Assembly (NCBI RefSeq): GCF_004010195.1
Contig: NC_057754.1
Location: forward strand, 7,826,725-7,890,724
Reading direction: 5' to 3'
Length of the DNA: 64,000 bases
From: Chiloscyllium plagiosum
Lineage: Eukaryota
In this document: positions 1 through 11,411 of the stretch, piece by piece
Layout of the letters: each line of letters starts with the position of its first letter
Numbering within the stretch: the first letter of the stretch is position 1
Notes under the pieces: model-generated
What the model was told of the DNA's origin: nothing
The model's input: only the letters and a program-made list of their open reading frames with translations
The model's database searches: none
Position numbers and translations under genes: made by a program

Positions 1-147
1 CACCTTATCTATGCCCCTCATGATTTTATAAACCTCTCTAAGGTCACCCCTCAACCTCCTACGCTCCAGGTAAAAAATGTCCCAGCTATCCAGCCTCTCC
101 TTATAAATCGAACACTCCCTTCTCGGCAACATCCTGGTAAGTCTTGG

Positions 148-464
148 TGGGCGGCACGGTGGCACAGTGGTTAGCACTGCTGCCTCACAGCGCCAGAGAC
201 CCGGGTTCAATTCCCGCCTCAGGCAACTGTCTGTGTAGAGTTTGCACGTTCTCCCCGCGTCTGCGTGGGTTTCCTCCGGGTGCTCCGGTTTCCTCCCACA
301 GTCCAAAAGATGTGCAGGTCAGGTGAATTGGCCATGCTAAATTGCCCGTAGTGTTAGGTAAGGGGTAAATGTAGGGGTATGGGTGGGTTGCGCTTCGGCG
401 GGGCGGTGTGGACTTGTTGGGCTGAAGGGCCTGTTTCCATACTGTAAGTAATCTAAAAAAAAAA
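148..464 (+). mobile_element. HE1-type tRNA-derived V-SINE, full length, inserted in a minus-strand CR1 3' fragment (1-140 and 465-530)
   Basis: A/B-box head (tggcacagtgg...gggttcaattcc), V-domain (gggtttcctccgggtgctccggtttcctcccaca), CR1-derived tail and A-tail. Possible aagtc TSD. Confidence 0.9.
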
Positions 465-828
465 GTCCCTTCAGAACCCCCTCCAATTTAATACCATCCT
501 TTCTGGAGCAGGATGACCAGAACTGTACACGTGTCATGGTGTTGCCCAGGCTGCGGATGGAGAAGTACCAGAATGAGACCAAAAGAGGAGGCTTCTCCAT
601 TCACATCCAGCAGAGTCTGGAGAGCTTGAGATGGTTTTACTTGCAACAGATTGGGTTAAAAGGAGATTCACTGGAACATTCAAAATCATGGGGGATCATG
701 ATGAGGTAGTTGGAGTGACACTGTTCCCAGTTACAACAAGGTTGACATGGGATTAAGATTATCTACAAAAATATGACTAGGGAGACATTTTCTTCCATAT
801 CATGTTGTCTTGTTCTCTTGGCATGCAG

Positions 829-1032
829 GTAAAGTCACCATCGTCCTCGGGGACCATCGCACCACGCTCTCGTTAGAGAGAGACGAGTGGCGGTAGTTTA
901 ACCTGTGGTTTACTGGGACTCAGACGAGGGGAGCGGTTGGGAAGGACAGTCCTTCATGGTGTCCTCAGCCAGTGCGAGAATTGAACCCATGACGTTGGTG
1001 CCACTCTGTGTCGCTAACCAGCCTAACTGAGT
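829..1032 (-). mobile_element. Old tRNA-derived SINE (family not named)
   Basis: Reverse-strand B-box (gggttcaattc) near 980-990. The same 3' end (gagagcagccct...gactatggcagctttacc) recurs on + at ~44747-44792. Confidence 0.55.
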
Positions 1033-1964
1033 CTTGTGGCTCCAGATAGATAGCAACTATTTCAATGGATGATGGAACAACATGTTAATGACAGCTCTCC
1101 AAAGCCAATGAGAAAGCCACTTAAACATTTGCAGGACCATGAGTAAAGAGCAGGGAAGTGGGACTAATTGGATAGTACAGGCACAATGGGCTGAATGATC
1201 ATCATCTGCAGTGGTCTCATTCTTCCATCCTCATTTTTTAAAAAGCTGCAATTTCTGTTGCAAAACTGCTTTTCAATTTGGATACATCTTTCCGCTTGCA
1301 GTGTCGGAGAGATCTGTTTCCAATGAGACACATTCTCGTGCTACTTGGCCGATCACTGAACAGGTTTTGAAGGGATTATGCCCGAAACATCGATCCTTCT
1401 GCTCCTCTGATGCTGCCTGACCCGCTGTGCTTTTCCAGCACCGCACTCTTGGCTGTGTACTTTCAGGCTGGTTCCAAAACAGGAACTTGCATGACATTTC
1501 TGCCTTGTGTGTATTGTCACCTTCAAATTTGTTGCCATCTCTTCCAGACCTCGATTGTTAGGACCTTGATTATTTTCCCATTGTATGCACTCAGTTATAA
1601 ATGTTGTCCTGGTTGACCATGGGCGCACGTTCTTCCTCTACCTTCTTGAATTGTCTGAAGCTTTTAAACATCTTGAGTTATCCAAAGAGGCAACACAGCA
1701 GGGAGGGAGTGAAGGAGACGGGACGGCAGGTTTTCAGGGAGGGAGGGAGAAACCGAATGCTTAGAGGTAGAAAGAGCCAAGGCAATATGCAAACTATTAT
1801 TTCAATGAGAGACTACTTCTGTCACATCCTAAAAAGTAGCACGTGGTAGTGGAGGCTAAGTCACTGATTGGGTATAAGAAAGAAGTAGATTTGTTTCTAG
1901 ATATGGAAGGGGAATGTGAAGAGAGATTGAGTATGGTGTTGAGATAGAGGATCAGCATGATCAG

Positions 1965-2300
1965 GGATGGCATGGTAGCTTGGTGATTAGTACCGCTGCC
2001 TCACAGCGCCAGGGACTCAGGTTTGATTCCAGCCGCGGGCGACTGACTGTGTGGAGTTCGTACGTTCTCCCCATGTCTGCGTGGGTTTCCTCCGGGTGCT
2101 CCGGTTTCCTCCCACAGTCCAAAGATGTGCAGGTCAGGGTGGATTGGCTGCGCTAATTGCTCCGTTGATTCCAGGGATGTGTAGGCTAGGTGGTTTAGCA
2201 TTGGAAATGCAGGGTTACAGGAATAGGGTAGGGGGTTGGGTCTGAGTGGGATGCTGTTTGGAGGGTCATGTGGACTCGATGGGCTGAATAGCCTACTCCT
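1965..2300 (+). mobile_element. HE1-type V-SINE
   Basis: Same head and V-domain as 148-464, more diverged. Confidence 0.85.
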
Positions 2301-3539
2301 CCCATTTCCTGTGTTTCTCTGTCAGCAAGTTTCAAATCCCAACCACTGGATTACAGTCATGCAAGCCACAGTAGGTCTGTTACAGCTGACTTCAGCGTTT
2401 ATGGTCTGCTCATTATGCGACGAGCTTAGAGAGGTACTTGATTTACGGTGTAGATTGTAGTATGCTTTCAGCACCTTTCTATAGGGATCTGCTGTCTGCG
2501 TGCCGCCAGTGGGAGAGGAACTTTCAGCAGTGCCAACATGATGCTGTTTACTAAACCCGTTCAGGACTGAACTCTGGTACAGTTGGCAGCCATACAGCTC
2601 AAGTGGGGTCACTTGGATGAGAAGGGGATTGAGGAAGAGAGACGTGGCACACTGTAAACAGCATTGAATGCGATCAGAGAGTAACTGGTTGTGCAAACCA
2701 TGTGGGGCACAGGTCATTTAGACTGTTACATTTAATTAAGAATGGCATCTATTAAAACAGATTGTAAAACAACACTCGGCGCCGAGACATCAGTGTTGTA
2801 CATTTGCTACCTCGTTCTTTCCTTCCATCAGATTTACACCAGCTTTTGCTGGAGCTGTTACGAATGACGTTTCTTTGTTGGCCATCCTTGCACAGAAAGA
2901 TTTGGTGATAGGTGCCTTTTGGTTACCATCCTGTAACATGCTTTCTGTTCGCCTGGGTCGAAAAGAAAGGTAAATTCGGGAGTTGTGTCGACTTTCAACA
3001 TCTTGTTTGAAGCAGACATCCCTCATTCATTTGCTTCCACTGTAGACTGAGTGGAGCTGTGAGCATTGTATTGCTTGTTTGCTGGGCTTCTTTTAAAACT
3101 CTGTTAGTTCACATCGCAATCAGATCCGCTCGATTTTCCTTCTTCCTCTTCCATTTTTCAGCTCAACGTTTCCTTCATGTGTTTCCAGGACCAGGCTATT
3201 GGCTGTCCCTTCGCTGCTACCTGTACTTGGCTATGTTTCACACTCCGACCACAACCTGGTTGGTCCTTGAGCTTCTCCTGAGCATACCAGTATGTCTTTC
3301 TGTCTACCCAGTGGATTCAGAGCACCCGTTGTTGCGTCCACATTGCAAAAGCTACAAGCCTCCTCTCATCTTCTTTGTTCAGCGTCTAACTCTGGCATCC
3401 GTGGTGTGAGTGCCAGAAATAGTTGGGACAGATCAAGAAGAGAGTAGGACCTGACGGCACAGCCTGAGAGTCAAGGGAAGACCTTTCAGAACAGCGATAA
3501 GGAGAAACTTCTAATATTTATCATGGACAGAAGATAGGC

Positions 3540-6340
3540 TGACCAGCTTTCTCAATGTAATCCTTGATCCCCTCGACAATCAAGAGCCTATCTGTCTCCG
3601 TCTTAAATATACTCAATGACCTGGCCTCCACAGCCTTCTGTGGCAGTGAATTCTATAGATTCCCCGCTCTCTGGCTGAAGATGTTTCTCCTTATCTCCAT
3701 TCTAAAGGGTCTTCCTTTTACTCTAAGGCTATGCGCTCGGGACCTAGTCTCTTGTACCAATGGAAACATCTTCCCAACTTCTACTCTGTCCAGGCCATTC
3801 AGTATTCTGTATGTTTCAATCCGATCCCCCCCCGTCCTTCTAAACTCCATCGAGTATAGACCCAGAGTCCCCAGATGTTCCTCATATGTTAACCTTTTTC
3901 ATTCTGGCACCATTCTCGTGAACCTTCTCTGAGCACGCTCCAGGGCCAGTACGTCCTCCCTGAGGTATGGGGCCCAAAACTGCATTCAATACTCCAAATG
4001 TGGTCTGACCAAAGCCGTCTAGAACCTCAGAAGTACATCCCTGCTTATATATTCAAGTCCTCTCAAAATAAATGCTATCATTGCATTTGCCTTCCTAGCT
4101 ACTGATTCAACCTGCAAGTTTACCTTCAGAGAATCCTGGACTAGAACCCCCAAGTCTCTTTGCATTTCAGACTTCTGAATTTTTCTCCCCATTTAGAAAA
4201 TAGTCCATACCTCTATTCTTCCGACCAAAGTGCATGACCTCACACTTTCCCACATTGTACTCCATCTGCCACTTCTTTGCTCACTCCCCTCACTTGTCCA
4301 AATCCTTCTGCAGCCTCCCTGCCTCCTCAATGCTAGCTGTTCCTCTAGCTACCTTTGTATCATCTGCAAACTTAGCCAGAAGTGCCCTCAGTTCCTTCAT
4401 CGTTAATGTATAAAGTGAAAAGTTGTCCTAACACTGAGCCTTGTGGAACACTACTTGTATTGCAATCCTGAGAAGGACCCTTTTTATCCCCACTCTCTGT
4501 TTCTGTCAGACAGCCAAGCTTCTATCCATGCTAGCACCTTGCCTCTAACACCATGGGTCCTTATCTTACTCAGTAGCCTCCTTTGCAGCACCTTGTCTAA
4601 GGCCTCCTTGAAGTCCAGGTAGATAACATCGATTGGCTCTCCTTGGTCTAACCTGCTCATTACTTCGTCAAAGAATTCTAGTAGATTTGTCAGGTATGAC
4701 CTCCCCTTGATGAAGCCATGCTGACTTTGCCTTGTTTTACCATACACTTCCAAGTATTCAGAAATCTCATCTTCACAATAGATTCCTGGATCTTACCGAC
4801 GACTGAGGTTAGGCTAATTGGTCTGTAATGATCTGTGTTTTGCCTTACTCCCTTTTTTAAACTGGTGTCACGTTAGCAATTTTCCAGTAATCTGGAATGT
4901 TCCCTGATTCTAACGGTTTCTGAAAGATCACCATTAATGCCTCCACTATCTCTTCAGGTATCTCCCTTCGAACTCTGGGGTGTAATCCATCTGGTCCAGG
5001 TCATTTATCCACCTTCAGGCCATTCAGTTTTTCTAGCACCTTCTCCTTGGTGATGGCCACCATACTCAGCTCTGACCCCTCACTCTCTTGATTGTTTGGG
5101 AAATAACCCATCTCTTTCAGCATGAAGACTGACATGAAGTAAGTATTCAGTTCCACAGCCATTTCCTTGGTCCCCATTACTATCTTTGCAGCGTCATTTT
5201 CCAGTGGCCCAATGTCCACTTTTGCCTCTCTTTTGCCCTTTATATATCTAAGGAAACTCTTACAGTCTTCCTTTATGTTACTAGCTAGCTTACCCTCACA
5301 TTTAATCTTTTCCCTCCTTACTTCTTCTTTAGTTTGCCTCTTTTGGTCTTTGTAAGCTTCTCAATCCTCTGGTTTCCCACTGCCCTTCACCACAGTATAT
5401 GCTTTCTCTTTTGCTCTTGTGCTATCCCTGACTTCCTAGTCAGCCTCATCCACCCTGTTCCATGCTTTTTCCACTGATGAATCTCTGCTGTGTCTCCTGA
5501 ATTATTCCCAGAAACTCTTGCCATTGCTGTTCCACTGTCTTTCCTGTTAGGCTCCTCTCCCAGTCAATTCTACCCAGCTCCTCCCTCAAGCCTCTGTAGT
5601 TGCCTTTATTTAGCTGGAGTACTGTTACCTCTGATTCTATCTTCTCCCTCTCAAATTGCAGAGTAAATTCAATCCTATTACGATCACTGCCTCCTTAAGG
5701 GTTCCTTCACCTTAAGGTTCCTTATCAGGTCTGCCTCATTGCACAACACCAAATCCAGTATTGTCTGCTCCCTAGTAGGCTCCACCACAAGCTGCTCCAA
5801 AAAGCCTCTCTGCCTCCTCAATGCTAGCTGTTCCTCCAACGTGTAGACATTCCACAAATTCCTTTCCTTGCAACTAACTACCGATCTGATTTTCCCCGTC
5901 CACCTGCATATTGAAATCCCCCATGCTCACTAACTTTGCCTTTCCTACACATCTTTTCTATCTCTTGGTGTACCTTGTACCCCAGCTCCTGACTACTGTT
6001 TGGAGGCCTGTACATAACTCCAACTATGTTTTTTTTAAAACCTTTTTGGCTCCTCAATTCTACCCACACAGATTCTACACCATCTGTGACCCTACTTCGT
6101 TTCTTACTATTGATTGAATTTCATTTCTTACTAATAGGGCAACCCCATCCCCTCCACCCACCCAACTGCCTATCTCCTTGAATATTCAGCTCCAAATCCG
6201 ATTCCGCTTGTAGCTACATCCCTGTGATGCGCAACATGTCATACCTACCAGTTTTGGTCTGCACCATGAACTCATTTACCTTATTCCTTTCACTGCGTGC
6301 ATTCAGATATAACACCTTCAGTCCTGCATTAACCGCCCCT
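3540..6340 (-). mobile_element. CR1/HER1 LINE, decayed ORF2 (APE endonuclease + RT) with 3' end
   Basis: Minus-strand fragments VELR..GVMYRPPNS (APE), IGPL..KVLEKL..LKVDK, QHGFIKGRSYLTNLLEFF..VIYLDFKEALDKV (RT) and GDRIETYRILNGLDRV; many frameshifts. Confidence 0.92.
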
Positions 6341-6794
6341 CTTCTCACAGTCATTCATTTGACTTTTCACCAATTACTTCTGGGTTAAAATAATAAACAC
6401 TAAACATCTAAAATAGAAAGTTTTTGGTTATAGGATAAAATGTTAAAACTGATTGTCGAGCATTGTAACCTACTGATGAAGGCGAGGCGGTCTGTGTGCC
6501 CCTAAAGGGCTGGACGTTGTTGGGGCTCATTGTGGGTGTGGGAAGGGGATGACAATGCATACCAGCCACTCTCCCCCGATGATGCGCCCTCCTCCTTTGC
6601 TTCCATCTGGTGGATGTCCTTGATCTGCTCATTCTCCCGAGCAGCCAAGCCCTTGGTCTTGGAGGGTTGAGGGGAAGAGTGGACTACCGGCACAGGTCGG
6701 AGAGTGACACTGCCGCGTTGGCGGTTAGGGAGGAACCGCGAGATGCACATTCAGACAAGAAGGGCACAATGGCCTCCTGTACCGCTGTAACCTG

Positions 6795-7120
6795 ACACAT
6801 CCATCCTCACTGCCAACAACTCCACCGACTTTCGTATCATCCGCAAACTTGCTCACCCAACCTTCTAGCCCCTCCTCCAGGTCATTTATAAAACTACCAT
6901 GGGGAACCTTATTAAACGCCTTACTTTAAAATCCATATACACCACATCTACTGCTTTCCCCTCGTCCATCTCCTTAGTCACCTTCTCAAAGAATTCAATA
7001 AGGTTTGTGAGGCACGACCTGCCCTTCACAAAACTATGCTGACTATCCTTGATCACATTATTCCTATCCAGATGTTCATAAATCCTATCCCTTACAATTC
7101 TCTCTAAGACTTTGCCCACT
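6795..7120 (-). mobile_element. CR1 RT fragment, internally deleted
   Basis: VGKVLERIVRDRIY..SQHSFVKGRSCLTNLIEFF..AVDVVYMDF joined to a downstream RT segment. Confidence 0.85.
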
Positions 7121-7387
7121 TTGAAGAATTTCAAGTATGCAGGCCAGTTCAAACAAGCCAGTCAATAATGTAGGGGTGGGGTGGGGTGGGGTTGCAGGGC
7201 CCCAGGATCTGCCCATGATGGGCCAACTTTGATTTCCAGGACATGGCTCACCATGAATAATTGAGCTGCTTTAGGTCACAGAGATCAGTCGAGTCAAGAG
7301 AGCAGTGCCTTGAGGCTGTCACACAAGTAACTCCGTCTCCACGAGCTGACACTGTTGATCAGTGGATGAGGTTGAACAGGACATTTT

Positions 7388-7935
7388 TAGAGTACTGTTA
7401 TCAATTCTTGTCTCTCTGTTTTGGAAAGATGCTGTTAAACCTGAAAGAGTGCCAAAAAGATTTCCAAGGGTGTTGTCAGGGTTGGATGGGTTGAGCTACG
7501 GGGAGAGGCTGAATAGGCTGGGGCTATTTTCCCTGGAGCGTCCGAGGCTGAGAAGTGACCTTACGGAAGTTCGTAAAATCATGAACGGCACAGATAGGTT
7601 GAATGGCCAAGTTCTTTTTCACAGTGTGGGGGAGCCCAAAACTAGAGGGGCATGGGTTTAAGGTGAGAGGGGTAAGATTTAAAAGAGACCTAAGGGGTAA
7701 CTTTTTCACATAGGGTGGTGTGTGTATGGAATGAGCTGCCAGAGGAAGTTGGGGGGGCTGGTACAATTACAATATTTAAAAGGCATCTGGATGGGTATAT
7801 GAATAGGAAGAGTATAGAGAGATATGGCCCAAGTGCTGGCAAATAGGAATGGATTACTTTAGGATATCTGTTTGGGGGGTGTGGACAAGTTGGACCGAAA
7901 GGTTTATTTCCCTTGCTGTACAAACTCTATAACAT
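7388..7935 (+). mobile_element. CR1/HER1 3' fragment
   Basis: GLSYGERLNRLGLFSLE C-terminal ORF2 motif and typical 3' UTR. Confidence 0.88.
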
Positions 7936-8046
7936 CTGTGAGATCCTGCGGACGAGGAGTGCTGGGTTGATTCCAGACTCTTTCAGTGGGAACCAGATGC
8001 TTAAATGTGGATTCCCTCTGCAATATCCTCGAAGAATATGATCCAA

Positions 8047-8393
8047 GCTGTTGTGGTTCTGTTTGCCGAGCTGGAAGTTTTTGTTGCAAACGTTTCGTCC
8101 CCTGGCTAGGCGACATCATCAGTGTTTGGGAGCCTCCTGCGAAGCGCTTCTTTGATGTTTCCTCCGGTTTTTATTGTGGTCTGTCCCTGCTGCTTCCGGT
8201 TGTCAGTTTCAGCCGTCCGCTGTAGTGGTTGGTATATTGGAGGAAACATCAAAGAAGCGCTTTGCAGGAGGCTCCCAAGCACTGATGATGTCGCCTAGCC
8301 AGTGGACGTAACGTTTGCAACACAAACTTTCAGATTGGCGAACTGAACCACAACAACGAGCACCCGAGCTACAAATCTTCGCACAAACTTTGA
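8047..8393. mobile_element. Penelope-like element, inverted pair of terminal repeats (family P1), each with a hammerhead motif
   Basis: 8047-8239 is the reverse complement of the 3' end of the PLE at 10967-11411; 8240-8393 is the same end in forward orientation. Confidence 0.85.
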
Positions 8394-8640
8394 ATATTTT
8401 CCCCTCGTCCGTTCCACTTCTCAACTTATTTTCCCGACTGCTTGCAAGTGTTCCCTTAGAAACTGCAGCTTTAGGAAACGTATTATTGGGATAAAGTCAT
8501 TACTCAATGGGATGGGATGCACCGTCAATCCCTAATTACTTCATTCACTGTTTCCCCTGAACTACTTTGCTAGCTACACCATCACAAAAACTCCACGCTT
8601 TGTCGAACACAATTTGCTTTCGTTAAGTTGATTGCCTCTG

Positions 8641-8933
8641 TGTAGTGATTGGGACCAGGTGGATCTTACTGACTATGAAATCCTTGATTGCAGTTATTTA
8701 CCTGGGTGAATCAGGGAGCCCTGGCTGACCAGTATAAACACAGGGGTAAAAAGAAATAAACACAAAAAATAAGCAGATTAAAAATATATATATATAGAAA
8801 TAAATAAGGAATGCAGAGAGTCTCCTGATTTCAAGGACTAACTGCAAGCTGGCTGGCCACAGCCAGTGTACTGTGCACATGTAAATAAAGTGTGATTTGG
8901 TGATGGGATACTGGCCCGTGTGGAGTGATTTCA
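8641..8933 (+). mobile_element. Probable solo LTR (Gypsy-like)
   Basis: TG..CA termini (tgtagtgatt...gagtgatttca), TATA-like gtataaa at ~8732 and AATAAA at ~8884. No clean TSD. Confidence 0.5.
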
Positions 8934-9476
8934 ACCTGCATGAAGATATTATGATTTACCATATGCTCATGGTCCGTTGAGGAGCTGGGCTTGCAATATT
9001 AGTAACATTAAATTCCATCTGGTTCATTAAGGCAATGCTTATCTTTTCTGATCGACATGCCCACAGCAATGGGTTAACTCATATCCCTCTGAAATGCTCC
9101 TAACAAGCACCCAGTTCAGGGACAAATAAGGGTGGACAACAAATGCTCCCTTTGTCAGCGACTCTTGTGGTGGAAACAAAGAGCAGCAGGAAAATGATTG
9201 CAAATGGAAATGAAAGAAAACTTCATCAAAAACTTGAATTCAAACAGAAGGTGGTGGAGGCAGATGTAATAGCAACATTTAAGAGGCATCTTAACAGATA
9301 CATGATAGGTAGGGAGTAGAGGGATATGGACAGTATGGAGGCAAATGCTTTTTAGGTCAGAAAGGCATTATCTGTTGGCATAGCCTTGGTGGATCAAAGG
9401 ACCTGTTCCTGTGCTGTATTATATGTTGTTAAATAATAAACAAACACAAGTGAAAGCTCTTTCTATTTTCTGACAG

Positions 9477-9592
9477 GTGGAGAAATGGAAGAAGTCGAAA
9501 TCAAAAACATCAAGTTTGTTTCCTCGCCGTATGCAATCGATTTATCAAAGACCAGCGGTTACTTCATCCCAAAAGTTCCATTCACTGTGTTG
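9477..9592 (+). CDS. C4: Isolated complement C4-like exon (thioester-protein family, beta-chain macroglobulin region); functional status unknown
   Basis: tttctattttctgacag| acceptor and TTG|gtatgt donor; 116 nt, phase 1 to 0. Encodes (G)GEMEEVEIKNIKFVSSPYAIDLSKTSGYFIPKVPFTVL versus recalled human C4 [39 protein letters not shown] (about 20/39 identical), closer than to the recalled C3 or C5 equivalents. Confidence 0.85.
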
Positions 9593-9837
9593 GTATGTAC
9601 AGCCACAGTGGCTCTGTACATAGTGTCTGATATAGTACAGACCCACATGGGTATATCCAAAACAAGGACAGAAATTACTGGGAAAACTCAGCAAAATCTG
9701 GCAGCATGTGGAGAGAAGGCAAAGTTAATGTCTTGGGTCTAGTGACCCATCTGCAGAGCTGCTAGCAACTAGGACAAGGTGGTATATATGCTGAAGGCAA
9801 CGTGGGGTGGGTGGGGGAAGGAGTGAGGGGACGCAGC

Positions 9838-9839
<2 letters not shown>

Positions 9840-9880
<41 letters not shown>
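9840..9880. repeat. (GA)n microsatellite within a decayed PLE end (9660-9940)
   Basis: Direct reading. Confidence 0.95.
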
Positions 9881-9882
<2 letters not shown>

Positions 9883-9944
9883 AACAGTTAGGAAAAGAGA
9901 TGGATGCTAGTACCTGTGGGAAACAAGAAAATACCAAGGAAAGG

Positions 9945-10265
9945 AGATGGCTTAGTGGTATAATCACTGGACTGTTATTCTAGAGACCCAGGTAATGTTG
10001 GAGGGATGTGATTTTGAATCCCACAGATGGTAGAATTTGAATGCAATAAAAATCTGGAATTGGGAGTCTGATAATGAACAATCGTTGGGGAGCAGAGGAG
10101 GGGGACAAACCTTTCTGTTTCAATAATGCCTTTTACAAAGGGAAATCCTACGGAAACCCTACCTGGTCTCGCCTGCTTGTAACTCCAGACCCACAGCAAT
10201 GTGGCTAACTGGGTGGATAACAAATGCTATCCTAGCCAGTAGTGCCCAGATTCCATGAATTTAGA
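9945..10265 (+). mobile_element. tRNA-derived SINE, second family (copies also ~15635-15965 on - and ~38957-39170 on +)
   Basis: gatggcttagtggtataatcactggactg head and shared gactccagacccacagcaatgtgg core. Its 3' end is shared with the LINE tails at 30440 and 50080. Confidence 0.65.
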
Positions 10266-10966
10266 GAAAACAAGCTGGTAACACGTTTTAAAATACTTGT
10301 GGTCCCTACTATCAGTAATTCACTCTCACCAGCCTGTTATAATCCATCCCTTTGTCTGCTCAACAGCTGTTGTCTCTCTGGGTTCCATCTCCACCCAATT
10401 CCCCCACCCTCCTTCCTCTGTTATTTCCGCACCCAGCCTTCTTCAATCTGACTGAAGGTGTGACGCTTGCCAGTTAAGTGGCTGAGGGCTCCCTCCTGTT
10501 CTGCAGTCTGGGAGAAAGCTTTGTGTGTGAGGGCGGTGGGGACAAGATTTGAACAAGGAACAAATCCCAGCTTAATTAGTGTTAAATAATGCTTATCCAG
10601 AAATGCTCTTGTGTTCAGCAATGTGCGTTCTTGTCCACTGCACATACCCCATTACCTCAGGTACCATTATGCTGACGTTTCCACCAGAAATGTCATTGTC
10701 ATCAATCTGTCAGCAATTTGGTCAAAATCCCAGCTGCCCATATGGCCTTGCTTCAATCCTTCCACAGTAATAATTACAGCAGGAAATCTGGATCCATCGT
10801 GTTATCAGGGTACATTTGTACATCTGCTTTAACAAAAAGTTAAATGATGAAGTATGATACTTTACAACACCATTGTAGGGAAGGCAACACTTGCAGGTTT
10901 CATTAAAGGGATTGATGGTAGTCCAGCAATGATGGGCAAAGTACTTAGCTGGTGATCATTTAATGA

Positions 10967-11411
10967 GGTTGAAACCCAGTGAGATAAATCAATAAACGAT
11001 ATAAATGGAACACGAAATGACACGACCAGCTATCCTTAGTAGCCACACACGCAGACAACAAGCAACATGAATTCGACTGGGACAACACTACTATCATAGG
11101 GCAAGCCAGACAGAGGACAGCCAGGGAATTCCTAGAGGCATGGCATTCATCCACAAACTCCATCAACAAACACATCGACCTGGACCCAATATACCAACCA
11201 CTACAGCAGACGGCTGAAACTGACAACCGGAAGCGGCAGGGACAGACCACTATAAACACCGGAGGAAACATCAAAGAAGCGCTTCGCAGGAGGCTCCCAA
11301 GCACTGATGATGTCGCCAAGTCGGGGGACGAAACGTTTGCAACAAAAACTTCCAGCTCGGCGAACAGAACCACAACAACGAGCACCCGAGCTACAAATCT
11401 TCTCACAAACT
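10967..11411 (+). mobile_element. Penelope-like retroelement 3' end (GIY-YIG C-terminus + terminal repeat with hammerhead), family P1
   Basis: + frame HDQLSLVATHADNKQHEFDWDNTTIIGQARQRTAREFLEAWHSSTNSINKH fits the PLE GIY-YIG C-terminal half (H..H.F.W..R..E..IN). TSD tttaatga at 10959-10966 and 11412-11419. Confidence 0.88.
11301..11340 (+). ncRNA. Minimal type I hammerhead ribozyme motif (PLE family P1)
   Basis: gca-CUGAUGA-u-gucgcc-loop-ggggac-GAAA-C-GUU-ugc: complete core, 3-bp stem I (gca/ugc), palindromic ACGU stem III. Confidence 0.7.

Noticed and set aside
148..230. tRNA-like A/B-box sequences here and at many other sites
   Set aside because: They are SINE heads followed by V-domains, not tRNA genes.
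10671..10824. Minus-strand AG...GT bounded segment that looks exon-like
   Set aside because: Stops occur in all three frames and no peptide is recognisable.
10897..10955. DGSPA peptide resembling the start of the next C3/C4 exon (…PDGSPA)
   Set aside because: The frame is off by one from the nearby cag acceptor, similarity is limited to five residues, and a stop follows within 9 codons.
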